Source: a bacterium
Lineage (GTDB): Bacteria > JAJRZV01
DNA: 64,000 bases
Direction of reading: 5' to 3'
NCBI GenBank assembly: GCA_024275095.1
Contig: JAJRZV010000050.1
Location: forward strand, 1,603-65,602
This document shows positions 21,156 to 33,826 of this stretch, piece after piece. The position numbers and the translations under genes are program-made. The notes beneath the pieces are model-generated. The model worked only from the letters and a program-made list of their open reading frames with translations, was not told the DNA's origin and did not search any database. Position 1 is the first letter of the stretch. Each line of letters starts with the position of its first letter.

Positions 21156-21560
21156 ATGCCTGTGAAAAATTACGTTGATCATATTGCCTGGGCTCTCCGT
21201 GGTAAAGATAAGCACTCGTTAGGTGCGTTTGTAAACGAACATACAAAGTGGACGAGGGATGAAAAGCGACGTCTTGAAATTGGTTTTTTTCGCGCAGGTG
21301 GGAACGGAGCGGTGGAGTTTCTGGTACCCCAGGAAGGGGAGGGTACTGTGTCACGTTTTCTTGAGAAAAGGGGACCCGGATTTCACCATGTGTGCATAGC
21401 AGTTCCTGATGTGTATGAAGCATTCCACACCCTCAGTTCTGCAGGAGTAGAAGTCATCGGAGAACCTGAGCTCGGTGCTGAGGGACGACCGGTATTTTTT
21501 GTACACCCACGGGAGACAGGTGGAATTCTTCTGGAGTTCATTCAGGCGGAAGAAGATTAG
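21156..21560 (+). CDS. VOC-family protein, methylmalonyl-CoA epimerase-like
   Basis: 134 aa, ...VDHIAWAL... and ...FHHVCIAVPDVYEAFHTL...GEPELGAEGRPVFFVHP... typical glyoxalase/epimerase fold. Confidence 0.7.
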   Translation: MPVKNYVDHIAWALRGKDKHSLGAFVNEHTKWTRDEKRRLEIGFFRAGGNGAVEFLVPQEGEGTVSRFLEKRGPGFHHVCIAVPDVYEAFHTLSSAGVEVIGEPELGAEGRPVFFVHPRETGGILLEFIQAEED

Positions 21561-21594
21561 TAATATAGTTTATTTAGTCTCATGGAGGTGAGCA

Positions 21595-22398
21595 ATGGCT
21601 TTGCTGGAAGGTAAAGTGGCTGTAGTTACCGGTGCCGGACGCGGCATCGGCCAGGCAACCGCTGTAACATTTGCCCGCGAGGGGGCACTCGTGCTTGCTT
21701 CAGATATTGATGAGGAGCCGCTCCAGGAGACAAAGAAACTGATCGAGGAGGCCGGTGGGAAAGTTTTGTGTGTAAGGGCAGATGTGAGGTCTCGCGAAGA
21801 TTGTGAAAATATGATGAAAAAGGCTGCAGAGGAACTGGGAAGCGGTGCCATTGACATTCTTGCCAATATCGCTGGTATTACGCGCGATAGAGTCATTCAT
21901 AAAATGTCAGATGAAGACTGGGATTTTGTGATAGATGTGAACCTGCGGGGTACGTTTAACTGCATACGGGCAGTAGCACCGTATATGCGTGACGTGGCCA
22001 AAAAGGAAGTTGCAGAGGGCAAGGAATATCATCGTAAAATTATCAACACTGCGTCAACAGCTGCACTCAGGGGTAATCCTGGACAAATTAACTATACTGC
22101 CGCAAAGGGGGGCATCATTGGTATCACCCGTACAGTTGCCCGTGAGTGGGGGCCGTTTTATATTAATTGTAATTGTGTGGCTCCTGGTCTTACCGCCACA
22201 CGGCTTACACAGCCCAAGAAAAAAGGTGATGAGTACGGGATACCCGAAGAGTTGTTAAAGCGAACGATAGAGTCAATTCCTTTCAAGCGTGCTGGTACTC
22301 CTCAGGAACTTGCGAATGTATACCTTTTTCTCGCTTCTGACCTTTCCAATTACGTGACCGGGCAGGTTATAAATGTATCAGGAGGACTTGTAATTTGA
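21595..22398 (+). CDS. short-chain dehydrogenase/reductase, 3-oxoacyl-ACP reductase-like
   Basis: 267 aa, TGAGRGIGQA Rossmann motif, NIAGI and Y-x3-K catalytic region (YTAAKGG). Confidence 0.85.
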   Translation: MALLEGKVAVVTGAGRGIGQATAVTFAREGALVLASDIDEEPLQETKKLIEEAGGKVLCVRADVRSREDCENMMKKAAEELGSGAIDILANIAGITRDRVIHKMSDEDWDFVIDVNLRGTFNCIRAVAPYMRDVAKKEVAEGKEYHRKIINTASTAALRGNPGQINYTAAKGGIIGITRTVAREWGPFYINCNCVAPGLTATRLTQPKKKGDEYGIPEELLKRTIESIPFKRAGTPQELANVYLFLASDLSNYVTGQVINVSGGLVI

Positions 22399-22829
22399 GA
22401 AAGGACTCTGTAAGTAAGCCTGAGTTTGGCCCGTTCTTTTACAAGGTGTGTGCGGAAAAGTCGCGGGAAATTGCGCTTGCGATGAGGTGTTTTAATCCTG
22501 TTTTTACCAGTATCACCTACACAAAAAAAGGAAAATGCTCGAATCCCATTCATCCGTGTATGGTTCACGTGTTTGTGAGAGATGCACTGGAAAGTGCGCT
22601 TTCCTGGGAAGGCTTGCCCGTACTGCGTACGACCCTGAGAAATGCAGGGCAGGACATCCGTTTTTTCAGAGTTCTGAAAGACCAGGACGTGGTAGCAACC
22701 ACAGCACGCATTGAGTCGGTAAGGCGCTTGCCCGGACGCGTTATTGTTCGCATTCTGACTCAAACAACGCTTCATCCCAACGGAGAACAAGTAGCTGAGG
22801 GAATGTGGGAATATGAAAGCAAACAGTAG
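22395..22829 (+). CDS. hotdog-fold protein (MaoC-like N-terminal-type subunit)
   Basis: 144 aa, overlaps SDR stop by 4 nt; paired with the next MaoC-like gene as in two-subunit (R)-hydratases/dehydratases. Confidence 0.5.
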   Translation: MRKDSVSKPEFGPFFYKVCAEKSREIALAMRCFNPVFTSITYTKKGKCSNPIHPCMVHVFVRDALESALSWEGLPVLRTTLRNAGQDIRFFRVLKDQDVVATTARIESVRRLPGRVIVRILTQTTLHPNGEQVAEGMWEYESKQ

Positions 22830-22841
22830 AGAGGGTTAAAA

Positions 22842-23258
22842 GTGGCAGCTCGTACCTGTCTTGATCTCATGCGCGGTCAGGAGTTTCAGGTTGAGGTAGA
22901 GGTGGACCGGTATCGTGGCCTGTATTTTGCCAGCGCGGTGGGAGAATATCATCCTCTCTATATGGATGAAGGTCTTGCCAGAGCCCTGGATATGCCTTCA
23001 TCACCACTTCCCCTCTCGTACCTCACGTCTGTTCTCATGACCTATCTTATTGAATGGGCTGGTGACCCTACATGTATCGTTGAACTTCACGTTAAAACAA
23101 AATCCCTCGTGTTTCCCGGTGATGTCATCAGAATTAAAGGCCGCGTTGTATGGAAGAGTAAAAAGAAAGTAAAGGTTCTTTTTCAGGTTACCAATCAGGA
23201 GGGCAAGGATATTACGTCCTCTTGCTGGGCAATGCTGGAGTTTAACGATAGGGGCTGA
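22842..23258 (+). CDS. MaoC-like (R)-specific enoyl-CoA hydratase / dehydratase hotdog protein
   Basis: 138 aa, ...AVGEYHPLYMDEGLARALD...VFPGDVIRIKGRVVW... typical MaoC dehydratase. Confidence 0.6.
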   Translation: MAARTCLDLMRGQEFQVEVEVDRYRGLYFASAVGEYHPLYMDEGLARALDMPSSPLPLSYLTSVLMTYLIEWAGDPTCIVELHVKTKSLVFPGDVIRIKGRVVWKSKKKVKVLFQVTNQEGKDITSSCWAMLEFNDRG

Positions 23259-23925
23259 GGATTACCACTTTTGTTTTCGCGAGTTTGCGGAACGTTTCTG
23301 CATCCTCTGCGGTGCCTATAATGTCTCCCCAGTGCATGGGAATGGCGACGGCGGGTTTAATGGTGTTTGCAGCTTCTGCTGCCTCCCGGGCATCCATGGT
23401 GTATGTACCCCCTACAGGCAGGAGCGCAATGTCGACCTTGATGTTTTTCATTTCCGGGATAAAGTCAGTATCGCCGGCGTGATAAATTTTTACCCCATTC
23501 ACCGTGATGATGAACCCCACATATTTACTGGAGCGAGGATGAAAGAACTTGGCTATGTTGTAGGCAGGGACTGTTTCAATGGTGATGCCTTTCTTCTCGT
23601 ATTTCTGGCCCGGGATTACATGCGTCACATCACCGCTGAGTTTGGAAGCACATTTGCCCCCGGCGAGTATGGAGGTGTTTTTTGTCTGGATTTTCCTGAC
23701 GTCTTCAGGTGAGCAGTGGTCATAATGGTCGTGAGTGATCAGGATGATGTCTGCAGGTGGAAGGCCTGTTTTTAATTTCCAGGGATCAATGTAAATGACT
23801 TTTCCGTAATTGATGAGAAAGGAAGCGTGTCCGAGCCATGTAATTTTTTGAAGGACCTGGTCCACCATTTTGCCACCCCCCTTTGAAGAAGCTGCGATAA
23901 TCAACGCAGCCAGAAGGGTTTTCAT
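23242..23925 (-). CDS. secreted metallo-beta-lactamase-fold hydrolase
   Basis: 227 aa with signal peptide MKTLLAALIIAASS; HxHxDH motif (ITHDHYDHCS). Confidence 0.7.
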   Translation of the reverse strand: MKTLLAALIIAASSKGGGKMVDQVLQKITWLGHASFLINYGKVIYIDPWKLKTGLPPADIILITHDHYDHCSPEDVRKIQTKNTSILAGGKCASKLSGDVTHVIPGQKYEKKGITIETVPAYNIAKFFHPRSSKYVGFIITVNGVKIYHAGDTDFIPEMKNIKVDIALLPVGGTYTMDAREAAEAANTIKPAVAIPMHWGDIIGTAEDAETFRKLAKTKVVILSPYR

Positions 23926-23929
23926 GCTT

Positions 23930-25051
23930 TCACCCCCCTGCCATCATGTTTGCAAATTCGTCGAAAATGTCCGTAGAGTCGTGAGGACCCGGTGCTGCTT
24001 CTGGATGATATTGAACAGAATATGTATTGAGATCCTTTACCTGGATACCTTCTACCGTCAAGTCATTGAGATTAATGTGGGTAATCTGGGCACCAATTCG
24101 CCGTGCATCTTCAGGGGATACAGCAAATCCATGGTTCTGGGAGGTAATCTTGATGCGACCTGTGCGTTCGTCACGGACAGGATGGTTGATTCCGTGATGC
24201 CCGAATTTTAACTTATAAGTTTTCATGCCCAGTGCAAGAGACATGATCTGGTGTCCCAGACAAATGCCGAAAATGGGTAATTTCCCCAGCAGCTTTTTTA
24301 CGTTTTCAATTCCATACGATACCGCAGCAGGATCGCCAGGACCGTTGGAAAGAAACAGACCATCAGGTTTGAGTTCAAGCACCTTTTCTGCAGGCCAGTT
24401 TGCTGGTACCACTGTAACCGCCATTCCTTTTTTCCGCATGAGTCGCAGAATGTTCCATTTAATTCCGAAATCGTAAGCTACAACCTTGAATCGGACAGGA
24501 GGAGCTTCCATTTCTTTATGCAGTCCCGTGCTGACATCATCCCACTGGTATGACTCCTGTGTTGTTACATCTTTGACCAGGTCGAGTCCTACAATGGATG
24601 GAGTACGGTTCAAAATTTCACGCAGTTCTTCAGGATTTTTTCCCGTGCTATCCAGCACAGCGTTCATGGCACCTTTTTCGCGGATGCGAAGGGTTATGGC
24701 GCGCGTATCTACGTCCTCAATGCCCGGAATGCCGTGCTCTTCCAGAAGTTTTCCGAGGCTCTTGTGTGACCGCCAGTTTGAGGGTTCCGGATTGTATTTT
24801 CGCACCACGAACCCTTCGAGGTGAATTCCTGCAGATTCCACGTCTAGGTTGTTTGTACCGTAGTTCCCAATTTCAGGGTAGGTCATAACCACAATTTGGC
24901 CCCTGTAGGATGGATCGTAGAGAATTTCCTGGTACCCGACCATTCCGGTATTAAATATGATTTCACCTGCTGCAGTTCCCCGGGCGCCGAAGGGTTTACC
25001 TTCAAAAAGCGTCCCATCTTCCAGCATAAGCAGCGCCTTTTGTGAATGCAT
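23930..25051 (-). CDS. carA: carbamoyl-phosphate synthase small (glutamine amidotransferase) subunit
   Basis: Start at internal ATG 25051 (MHSQKALLMLEDGTLFEGKPFGA..., GAGGG SD upstream); GATase triad region GICLGHQ. Confidence 0.9.
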   Translation of the reverse strand: MHSQKALLMLEDGTLFEGKPFGARGTAAGEIIFNTGMVGYQEILYDPSYRGQIVVMTYPEIGNYGTNNLDVESAGIHLEGFVVRKYNPEPSNWRSHKSLGKLLEEHGIPGIEDVDTRAITLRIREKGAMNAVLDSTGKNPEELREILNRTPSIVGLDLVKDVTTQESYQWDDVSTGLHKEMEAPPVRFKVVAYDFGIKWNILRLMRKKGMAVTVVPANWPAEKVLELKPDGLFLSNGPGDPAAVSYGIENVKKLLGKLPIFGICLGHQIMSLALGMKTYKLKFGHHGINHPVRDERTGRIKITSQNHGFAVSPEDARRIGAQITHINLNDLTVEGIQVKDLNTYSVQYHPEAAPGPHDSTDIFDEFANMMAGG

Positions 25052-25223
25052 ACTCACCCTCGGAATAAGTGCTTTTATTAACTCAAAAAGGATTTTAACA
25101 GAAAGATGCATTCAGGCATAGAGATGATTTGCAGATTTGAAAAGGACGGCCTGGTGATAGCACCAGATTGGATTCGGATTTCGGGATTAAAGAGGCGTGT
25201 GTATGGTAATATTACACTTAACC

Positions 25224-28394
<3,171 letters not shown>

Positions 28395-28408
<14 letters not shown>

Positions 28409-28910
28409 TCAGCATCTGGAAAACAAACTCCGTCGTGTCGAATTGCTCGTTTTGGATGTGGATGGTGTGCTCAGTGACGGCCGGATTTACATCAGTGACG
28501 ACGGTCGTGAAATCAAAGCTTTTGACGCTCGTGATGGTCTTGCTATTGTGGCTTTGAAAAGGCGAGGCGTTGAAGTTGCCGTAATTTCAGGTCGCTACTC
28601 CAGGGCGGTGGAGATTCGCTGTTCTGATCTGGGAGTAGAACTCCTGTTTCAAGATGTCTCGGATAAGCTGGATGTGCTTAAAAAGATTCTCAAGCAATGC
28701 AACCTGTCCCCTGAAAGTGCAGCGGCGATGGGAGATGATATTAACGATATTTCCATGATGAAGTATTGCGGCGTGTGTGCTACCGTGCCGGAAGCTCATC
28801 CTGCCGTGCTGGAAGTGGCAGATTATGTCACTTCGCGCGCTGGCGGTCGGGGAGCAGTGAGGGAATTTTCCGAACTCATCATGAAAGCCAAAGGTATGTG
28901 GAAATATTGA
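28395..28910 (+). CDS. kdsC: KDO 8-phosphate phosphatase (HAD superfamily)
   Basis: ...RRVELLVLDVDGVLSDGRIY...GDDINDI... HAD-IIIA motifs; start uncertain (GTG 28395 or ATG 28341). Confidence 0.75.
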
Positions 28911-29767
28911 ATACAGGCCCCTCTCTTACAAAGCGCATCAGACGCAGTGTTGCGTACAGTCTGATAAGAATGTTTGTATTTTTTTTCAGGCTTCTGCCGC
29001 TCGAATTTGCTTGCAGGCTGGGCCGTTTGGCGGGCGAGGTCGCCTGGATGGTATTTCGTCGTGAAAGAAAGAAGGGCATTGAGAATTGTATCCGCAGTGA
29101 CAAGGCCCCTGATGAGGCCCGGAAGATTGTAAAAGCGGCTTTTGCACGTGTGGGCTGGAAGGTGGTTGAAGCTGTAAACGTGAAAAGGATTCTTACTCTG
29201 CCGTCCTTGAGCATTCAGGCGGAAGGTGAGCATCTGTTGAGAGCACTGGCTTGTTCCGGAGGAGGTATTGCATTTACAGCCCATTACGGCAACTGGGAGC
29301 TCCTTGCTGCCTGGGCCGTGGCCACCGGACTGCCGCTTACTGTTCTCGCACGGCCTCTTTACGACCCCAGGCTTTCACAATGGGTTCGCAAAGAAAGAGA
29401 AAACATCGGCGTGGAAACACTTTACGCAGAGGGTTCAGCGTATTTGCGTAAAGTGCTCGAGGCACTGCGTCGTGGACGAATCGTTGCTGTACTTCCAGAT
29501 GCCAGACCTTACGGAGACAGGGTGTGTGAGGTATCTTTTCTCGGCGGCTCTATGGTGTTGCCTCTCAGTCCTTTCAAGCTCGCCTTGAGAAATCAGAACA
29601 GGCCGGTTGTTGCTTTTATAAGGCAGGATGGGTGGTCTTTCAGATATCATATTTTAGTACGTAAAATAGAAGGAAGCAGCCCTGAGGAACTGGCGCAGAA
29701 TTACGCCTGCCATCTGGAGGAGGTAGTAAAGGAGAAGCCCGAGGATTGGATATGGTGGCTGAGATAA
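28898..29767 (+). CDS. lipid A biosynthesis acyltransferase (LpxL/HtrB family)
   Basis: ORF 28766-29767 trimmed to GTG 28898; ...FFFRLLPLEFACRLGRLAGEVAWMVFRRERKKGIENCIRSD... resembles the HtrB/LpxL N-terminus; sits between kdsC and lptCAB. Confidence 0.7.
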   Translation: MEILNTGPSLTKRIRRSVAYSLIRMFVFFFRLLPLEFACRLGRLAGEVAWMVFRRERKKGIENCIRSDKAPDEARKIVKAAFARVGWKVVEAVNVKRILTLPSLSIQAEGEHLLRALACSGGGIAFTAHYGNWELLAAWAVATGLPLTVLARPLYDPRLSQWVRKERENIGVETLYAEGSAYLRKVLEALRRGRIVAVLPDARPYGDRVCEVSFLGGSMVLPLSPFKLALRNQNRPVVAFIRQDGWSFRYHILVRKIEGSSPEELAQNYACHLEEVVKEKPEDWIWWLR

Positions 29768-30252
29768 TTTTATGTGCTCTGATAGGTGGTGGCCAGCCCT
29801 CTTTTAGTGCACTTTCAACAATTAAAAATGCCAAGAGCACCAATGGTTCCATTACACTCATACGTCATGAAAAGGCTGTTGTGAGGCTTCGCTTCCAGGA
29901 GGCTACCTTCAACAGTGAACAAAATTCTGTGCATCTTCGACGGGTTACAGGTGAGGCACAGCTGGAAAAAATGAAGAACAGAGTTCTATCGTTTGTTTTG
30001 CCCGAGATTCTTATTAAGCCTCAGGATAAAGCAGCCACTGTTTTGGGGAATTTAGAGATTTATCTCGAGCAATATTCAGCACGATGTACATCGCCGGTTG
30101 TTAAACACGCGAAGGAAAAGTGGGTAATCAATGGCGCATGTGTTCTGTCTGCCCCTGATGGCTCACGTGGCAGCTGTGCCCACATGGTGTATGACAGGGG
30201 AAAGGCGACTGTTTCGTGTGAAGGAGGGGTGGATATTAATTATGTCCCGTAA
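29746..30252 (+). CDS. LptC-like protein (putative)
   Basis: 168 aa with short N-terminal hydrophobic segment, directly upstream of and overlapping lptA; assigned by position only. Confidence 0.35.
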   Translation: MDMVAEIILCALIGGGQPSFSALSTIKNAKSTNGSITLIRHEKAVVRLRFQEATFNSEQNSVHLRRVTGEAQLEKMKNRVLSFVLPEILIKPQDKAATVLGNLEIYLEQYSARCTSPVVKHAKEKWVINGACVLSAPDGSRGSCAHMVYDRGKATVSCEGGVDINYVP

Positions 30253-30745
30253 GCAACCGGTCAAAATTGTATTGTTGTTGCTTCTGGTGATGTTTGCTTT
30301 TCAAAGTCGTGCACTCGCGGCTGTTGAAAAAGATAAAGATAAAGATAAGGTGGCCTTACCTTTTGAAAAAGCACCTGTTGAGATAAAGTCAAAGAAGGTT
30401 ACATATCATTTGAAAGAAAAGAAAGTGCTGTTTGAACAGGAAGTGATTGTTCGTCAAAGAGACCTTGTCATATATGCCGACAAGGCGTTTGCGTTTCTGG
30501 ATTCCAATAACGAAATTGAAAAGATCGTGCTCACTGGCCTCGTAAAGGTTGTCAAAGGAGACGTGGTGCTGGTGTCCACAAAGACTGTATATCTGAGGAA
30601 GGAGGGTCTCATTATCATTACCGGTGAGCCTCGAGCATGGAAAGGAAAAGATTTTCTGGAAGGAGAACGTATTACCTATGACCTGAACACAGGAGAGCTC
30701 AGGTTGGAAAATGCGAGTATCACCATTAACGAGGTAAAGCCCTGA
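30242..30745 (+). CDS. lptA: LPS export periplasmic protein LptA (OstA-like)
   Basis: Internal ATG 30242: MSRKQPVKIVLLLLLVMFAFQSRALA signal peptide, then an OstA-like beta-jellyroll sequence. Confidence 0.7.
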   Translation: MSRKQPVKIVLLLLLVMFAFQSRALAAVEKDKDKDKVALPFEKAPVEIKSKKVTYHLKEKKVLFEQEVIVRQRDLVIYADKAFAFLDSNNEIEKIVLTGLVKVVKGDVVLVSTKTVYLRKEGLIIITGEPRAWKGKDFLEGERITYDLNTGELRLENASITINEVKP

Positions 30746-31461
30746 TGCTTGAAGGTATTGACCTTAAAAAATCATTCGGTCGAAAGGTCGTTGTTCAGGA
30801 CGTAAACGTTCGAATTCCCCGTGGAATGGTGGTGGGTCTTCTCGGGCCTAACGGTGCAGGCAAAACGACCACTTTTCGGATGATTGCCGGTTTTTTACAA
30901 CCAGATACAGGGACTGTGTTGCTGGATGGTAAGGACATTACAACACGTGAGGTTCATGAGAGAGCCCTGCTCGGGATTACATATCTTTCCCAGGAGCCTT
31001 CTGTATTTAGAGGGTTAAGTGTCGAGGACAACATCATAGCCGTTCTTGAATTTCACGGGTACAGTCGTAAAGACGCAGTGAAAAAAGCGTGGGAACTTCT
31101 CGAACAGTTCGGTCTCCGCGGTAAGGAGAAACAGAAAGCATGGAGCCTCTCGGGCGGAGAGAGGCGACGACTGGAGGTGGCAAGGGCAATTGCGATAGAA
31201 CCCAAATATATTTTGATGGACGAGCCTTTCACGGGAATAGACCCAATCATGGTGGCAGAGCTGAAAACTATCATCCAGCAGCTTGCTCAGATGAACATAG
31301 GAGTGTTAATTTCTGACCACAACGTTCGGGATACTTTGAGTATTTGCAACAAAGCGTATATAATAGCTAATGGTATGATTATTGCTAAAGGGACATGCGA
31401 CGAGCTTGTTAACCATCCGGACGTGCGCAGGTATTACCTGGGTGAGGACTTTGAGATGTGA
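30745..31461 (+). CDS. lptB: LPS export ABC transporter ATP-binding protein LptB
   Basis: 238 aa, Walker A GPNGAGKTT, signature LSGGERRRLEVARA, Walker B ILMDEP. Confidence 0.9.
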   Translation: MLEGIDLKKSFGRKVVVQDVNVRIPRGMVVGLLGPNGAGKTTTFRMIAGFLQPDTGTVLLDGKDITTREVHERALLGITYLSQEPSVFRGLSVEDNIIAVLEFHGYSRKDAVKKAWELLEQFGLRGKEKQKAWSLSGGERRRLEVARAIAIEPKYILMDEPFTGIDPIMVAELKTIIQQLAQMNIGVLISDHNVRDTLSICNKAYIIANGMIIAKGTCDELVNHPDVRRYYLGEDFEM

Positions 31462-32894
31462 CCATGGACCAGAGACTTTCACTTAAGCAGTCTTTAAAAC
31501 TTCAACAAAAACTTATACTTACGCCCCAACTGCGCCTTGCGCTCGAGATCCTACAGATGAATCGCTTGGAACTCGAAGAGTCCATTTTTCAGGAACTGGA
31601 AGTTAATCCCTTTCTGGAAGCGGAAACGCCCGCTCCTGAGGAAGGGTCCCAGCATGAAGAAAACCCTCCGGTAGACCACGTTGCAGAACTTGAGCACCTT
31701 TCAAATTTGCTTGAAGAGGGCTTCAGGTCCTACCATGCCGAACAAACTGCGTTTCATTATGGCGGTGCCGAAGAAGACGAGGAAGAACGCGTGGACCCAT
31801 TGAGTCTGGCTACCCACACGGAAACGCTGAGCGAACACTTGGCTTGGCAGCTTCAGATGAACGATTTTTCATCGTATGAAGTAAAAATCGGTGCCGAGAT
31901 TATCGGCAACCTGGACTCTGACGGTTATCTGAGGGTAGAGCCTGAGGAGATTGCAAACGGACTGGGTGTTCCTCTCGAGGATGTTGAAAATGTGAGGCGG
32001 CGGATTCAGGAATTTGATCCTCCCGGTGTGGCCTCACGCAATCTTTCAGAGTCTCTCGCTGTTCAGCTTAAGGTTTCGAAGCTGGGAGACGAAATAGAAA
32101 TGAGAATGGTTACAGAACTTCTTCAGTATACTTTGAACCGGAATACCGAACAGCTGAAAAAGGTCCTGAAGGTTGACGATGACCGCTTGCGGAGGGCATA
32201 CGAAATTATTTCTCACCTTGATCCCAAGCCGGGCCGTAATTTTTCGACCACTCCGGTAGAAGCTGTGATTCCAGATTTAAAGGTGGTTCAGAAAGGAGAC
32301 GATTTCGATGTGATCCTCATGGACGAACGCATACCGCGATTGAGATTGTCTTCACACTACCGTAAATACTTGCAGGCTGCAAAAGATAACCCTGATATTG
32401 CAAAATTTCTTCTCGAGCGTTATCAGCGGGCCCAGGGGATTATTAAAGGAATTTTTCAGAGAAATGACACGCTGCTCAAGGTGGGTCGCAGCATCGTGAA
32501 ATTTCAAAAGGAATTCATGCTTCAGGGGCCTGAACACATGACACCCCTGACCCTGAAAGATGTTGCAGCTGATGTGGACATGCACGAGTCTACCATCAGT
32601 CGCATCACCACGAATAAGTGGATTGATACACCCTGGGGCATATTTCCTCTCAAGCACTTTTTTTCCAGCAAGGTCCGGGGTGCTGGGGGTGAAACACATT
32701 CTTCCATTGCAGTGAAGGAGAAAATCAAAAAACTGATTAAATATGAAGACCCGGCACGCCCCCTCAGTGACGATGAAATTGCACGTCGGTTGAAAAGCGA
32801 GGGTATCAACATCGCGCGAAGAACCGTGGCCAAATATCGTGATGCGCTGGGTATACCTTCATCATCACAGCGCAGGCGCTTAAAATCCGGGTAG
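31458..32894 (+). CDS. rpoN: RNA polymerase sigma-54 factor
   Basis: 478 aa; C-terminal RpoN box ARRTVAKYRDALGIPSS and an acidic N-terminal region. Confidence 0.9.
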   Translation: MTMDQRLSLKQSLKLQQKLILTPQLRLALEILQMNRLELEESIFQELEVNPFLEAETPAPEEGSQHEENPPVDHVAELEHLSNLLEEGFRSYHAEQTAFHYGGAEEDEEERVDPLSLATHTETLSEHLAWQLQMNDFSSYEVKIGAEIIGNLDSDGYLRVEPEEIANGLGVPLEDVENVRRRIQEFDPPGVASRNLSESLAVQLKVSKLGDEIEMRMVTELLQYTLNRNTEQLKKVLKVDDDRLRRAYEIISHLDPKPGRNFSTTPVEAVIPDLKVVQKGDDFDVILMDERIPRLRLSSHYRKYLQAAKDNPDIAKFLLERYQRAQGIIKGIFQRNDTLLKVGRSIVKFQKEFMLQGPEHMTPLTLKDVAADVDMHESTISRITTNKWIDTPWGIFPLKHFFSSKVRGAGGETHSSIAVKEKIKKLIKYEDPARPLSDDEIARRLKSEGINIARRTVAKYRDALGIPSSSQRRRLKSG

Positions 32895-32903
32895 CAGGAT
32901 GTT

Positions 32904-33287
32904 ATGGGTGTAAAGATTTTAGGGTCAGAGAGGGGCTATTCCAAGGTTACAAATTTTTTCCTGATAGTAGTTATTGCACTTGGTATATATGTCGCCTGGA
33001 TTGTGGCCCCACCTTTTATGCACAACTCGACCATTAAGGGCAATATGAAAGAGGCCCTTCGAGAGGTGGTTAAATACATGGACGAGAATGAAACACGTTA
33101 TTATTTGATGAAAAAACTTGACCTCTGGGGCATAAGATATAACCCTGAAACCATATACGTATGGGATGAAGAAGGATACCGTCATGTGGAAATGACCTAC
33201 AGTGAGCCCATCACTTTTTTCGGTCAATGGACGTTTGAGTTGACGTTTCATCCTAAAATTGCCATCAAACTTTTACGACGACATTAA
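32904..33287 (+). CDS. hypothetical membrane-anchored protein
   Basis: 127 aa, N-terminal TM FFLIVVIALGIYVAWIVAPPF; no family recognised. Confidence 0.4.
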   Translation: MGVKILGSERGYSKVTNFFLIVVIALGIYVAWIVAPPFMHNSTIKGNMKEALREVVKYMDENETRYYLMKKLDLWGIRYNPETIYVWDEEGYRHVEMTYSEPITFFGQWTFELTFHPKIAIKLLRRH

Positions 33288-33289
33288 GG

Positions 33290-33826
33290 ATGCCAGAAAA
33301 AATCATTATTCAACGGGCAGAATTTGAAAATACGCTTCGGCGCATGGCGTATGAACTCGTGGAGAAATGCGGAGGCCTGGAAAATGTCGTTCTGGTAGGT
33401 GTGCACCGCGGCGGTGTGTGGCTTGCCTACCGCATTGCTACGATTATTCAAGCAGAAAGGGGGCACGAATTGCCCCGAGGAGAGCTGGACATCAACCTCT
33501 ACCGGGATGACCTCAGCCGCATTGGATATCATCCTGAAATCAGGCGGACGGAAGTTCCGGTACCCATTGATAATGCTTTCGTTGTGCTCGTGGATGATGT
33601 TATATACACCGGGCGGACAGCGAGAGCTGCACTGGATGCACTTATGGATCTGGGAAGGCCCCAGAAGGTTCTATTATGCGTGATGGTGGATAGAGGGGGC
33701 AGGGAACTCCCTATTCAGCCAGATATATACGGGGTGAAAGTTCCGGTAGACAGCACCGGATTAATCGAGGTACGCTTTCGTGAAATTCACGGGGAAGATG
33801 CTGTGGTCGTGAGGCCGAGGTCATGA
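33290..33826 (+). CDS. pyrR: bifunctional pyr operon regulator / uracil phosphoribosyltransferase PyrR
   Basis: 178 aa, PRTase motif VVLVDDVIYTGRTARAAL. Confidence 0.9.
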   Translation: MPEKIIIQRAEFENTLRRMAYELVEKCGGLENVVLVGVHRGGVWLAYRIATIIQAERGHELPRGELDINLYRDDLSRIGYHPEIRRTEVPVPIDNAFVVLVDDVIYTGRTARAALDALMDLGRPQKVLLCVMVDRGGRELPIQPDIYGVKVPVDSTGLIEVRFREIHGEDAVVVRPRS

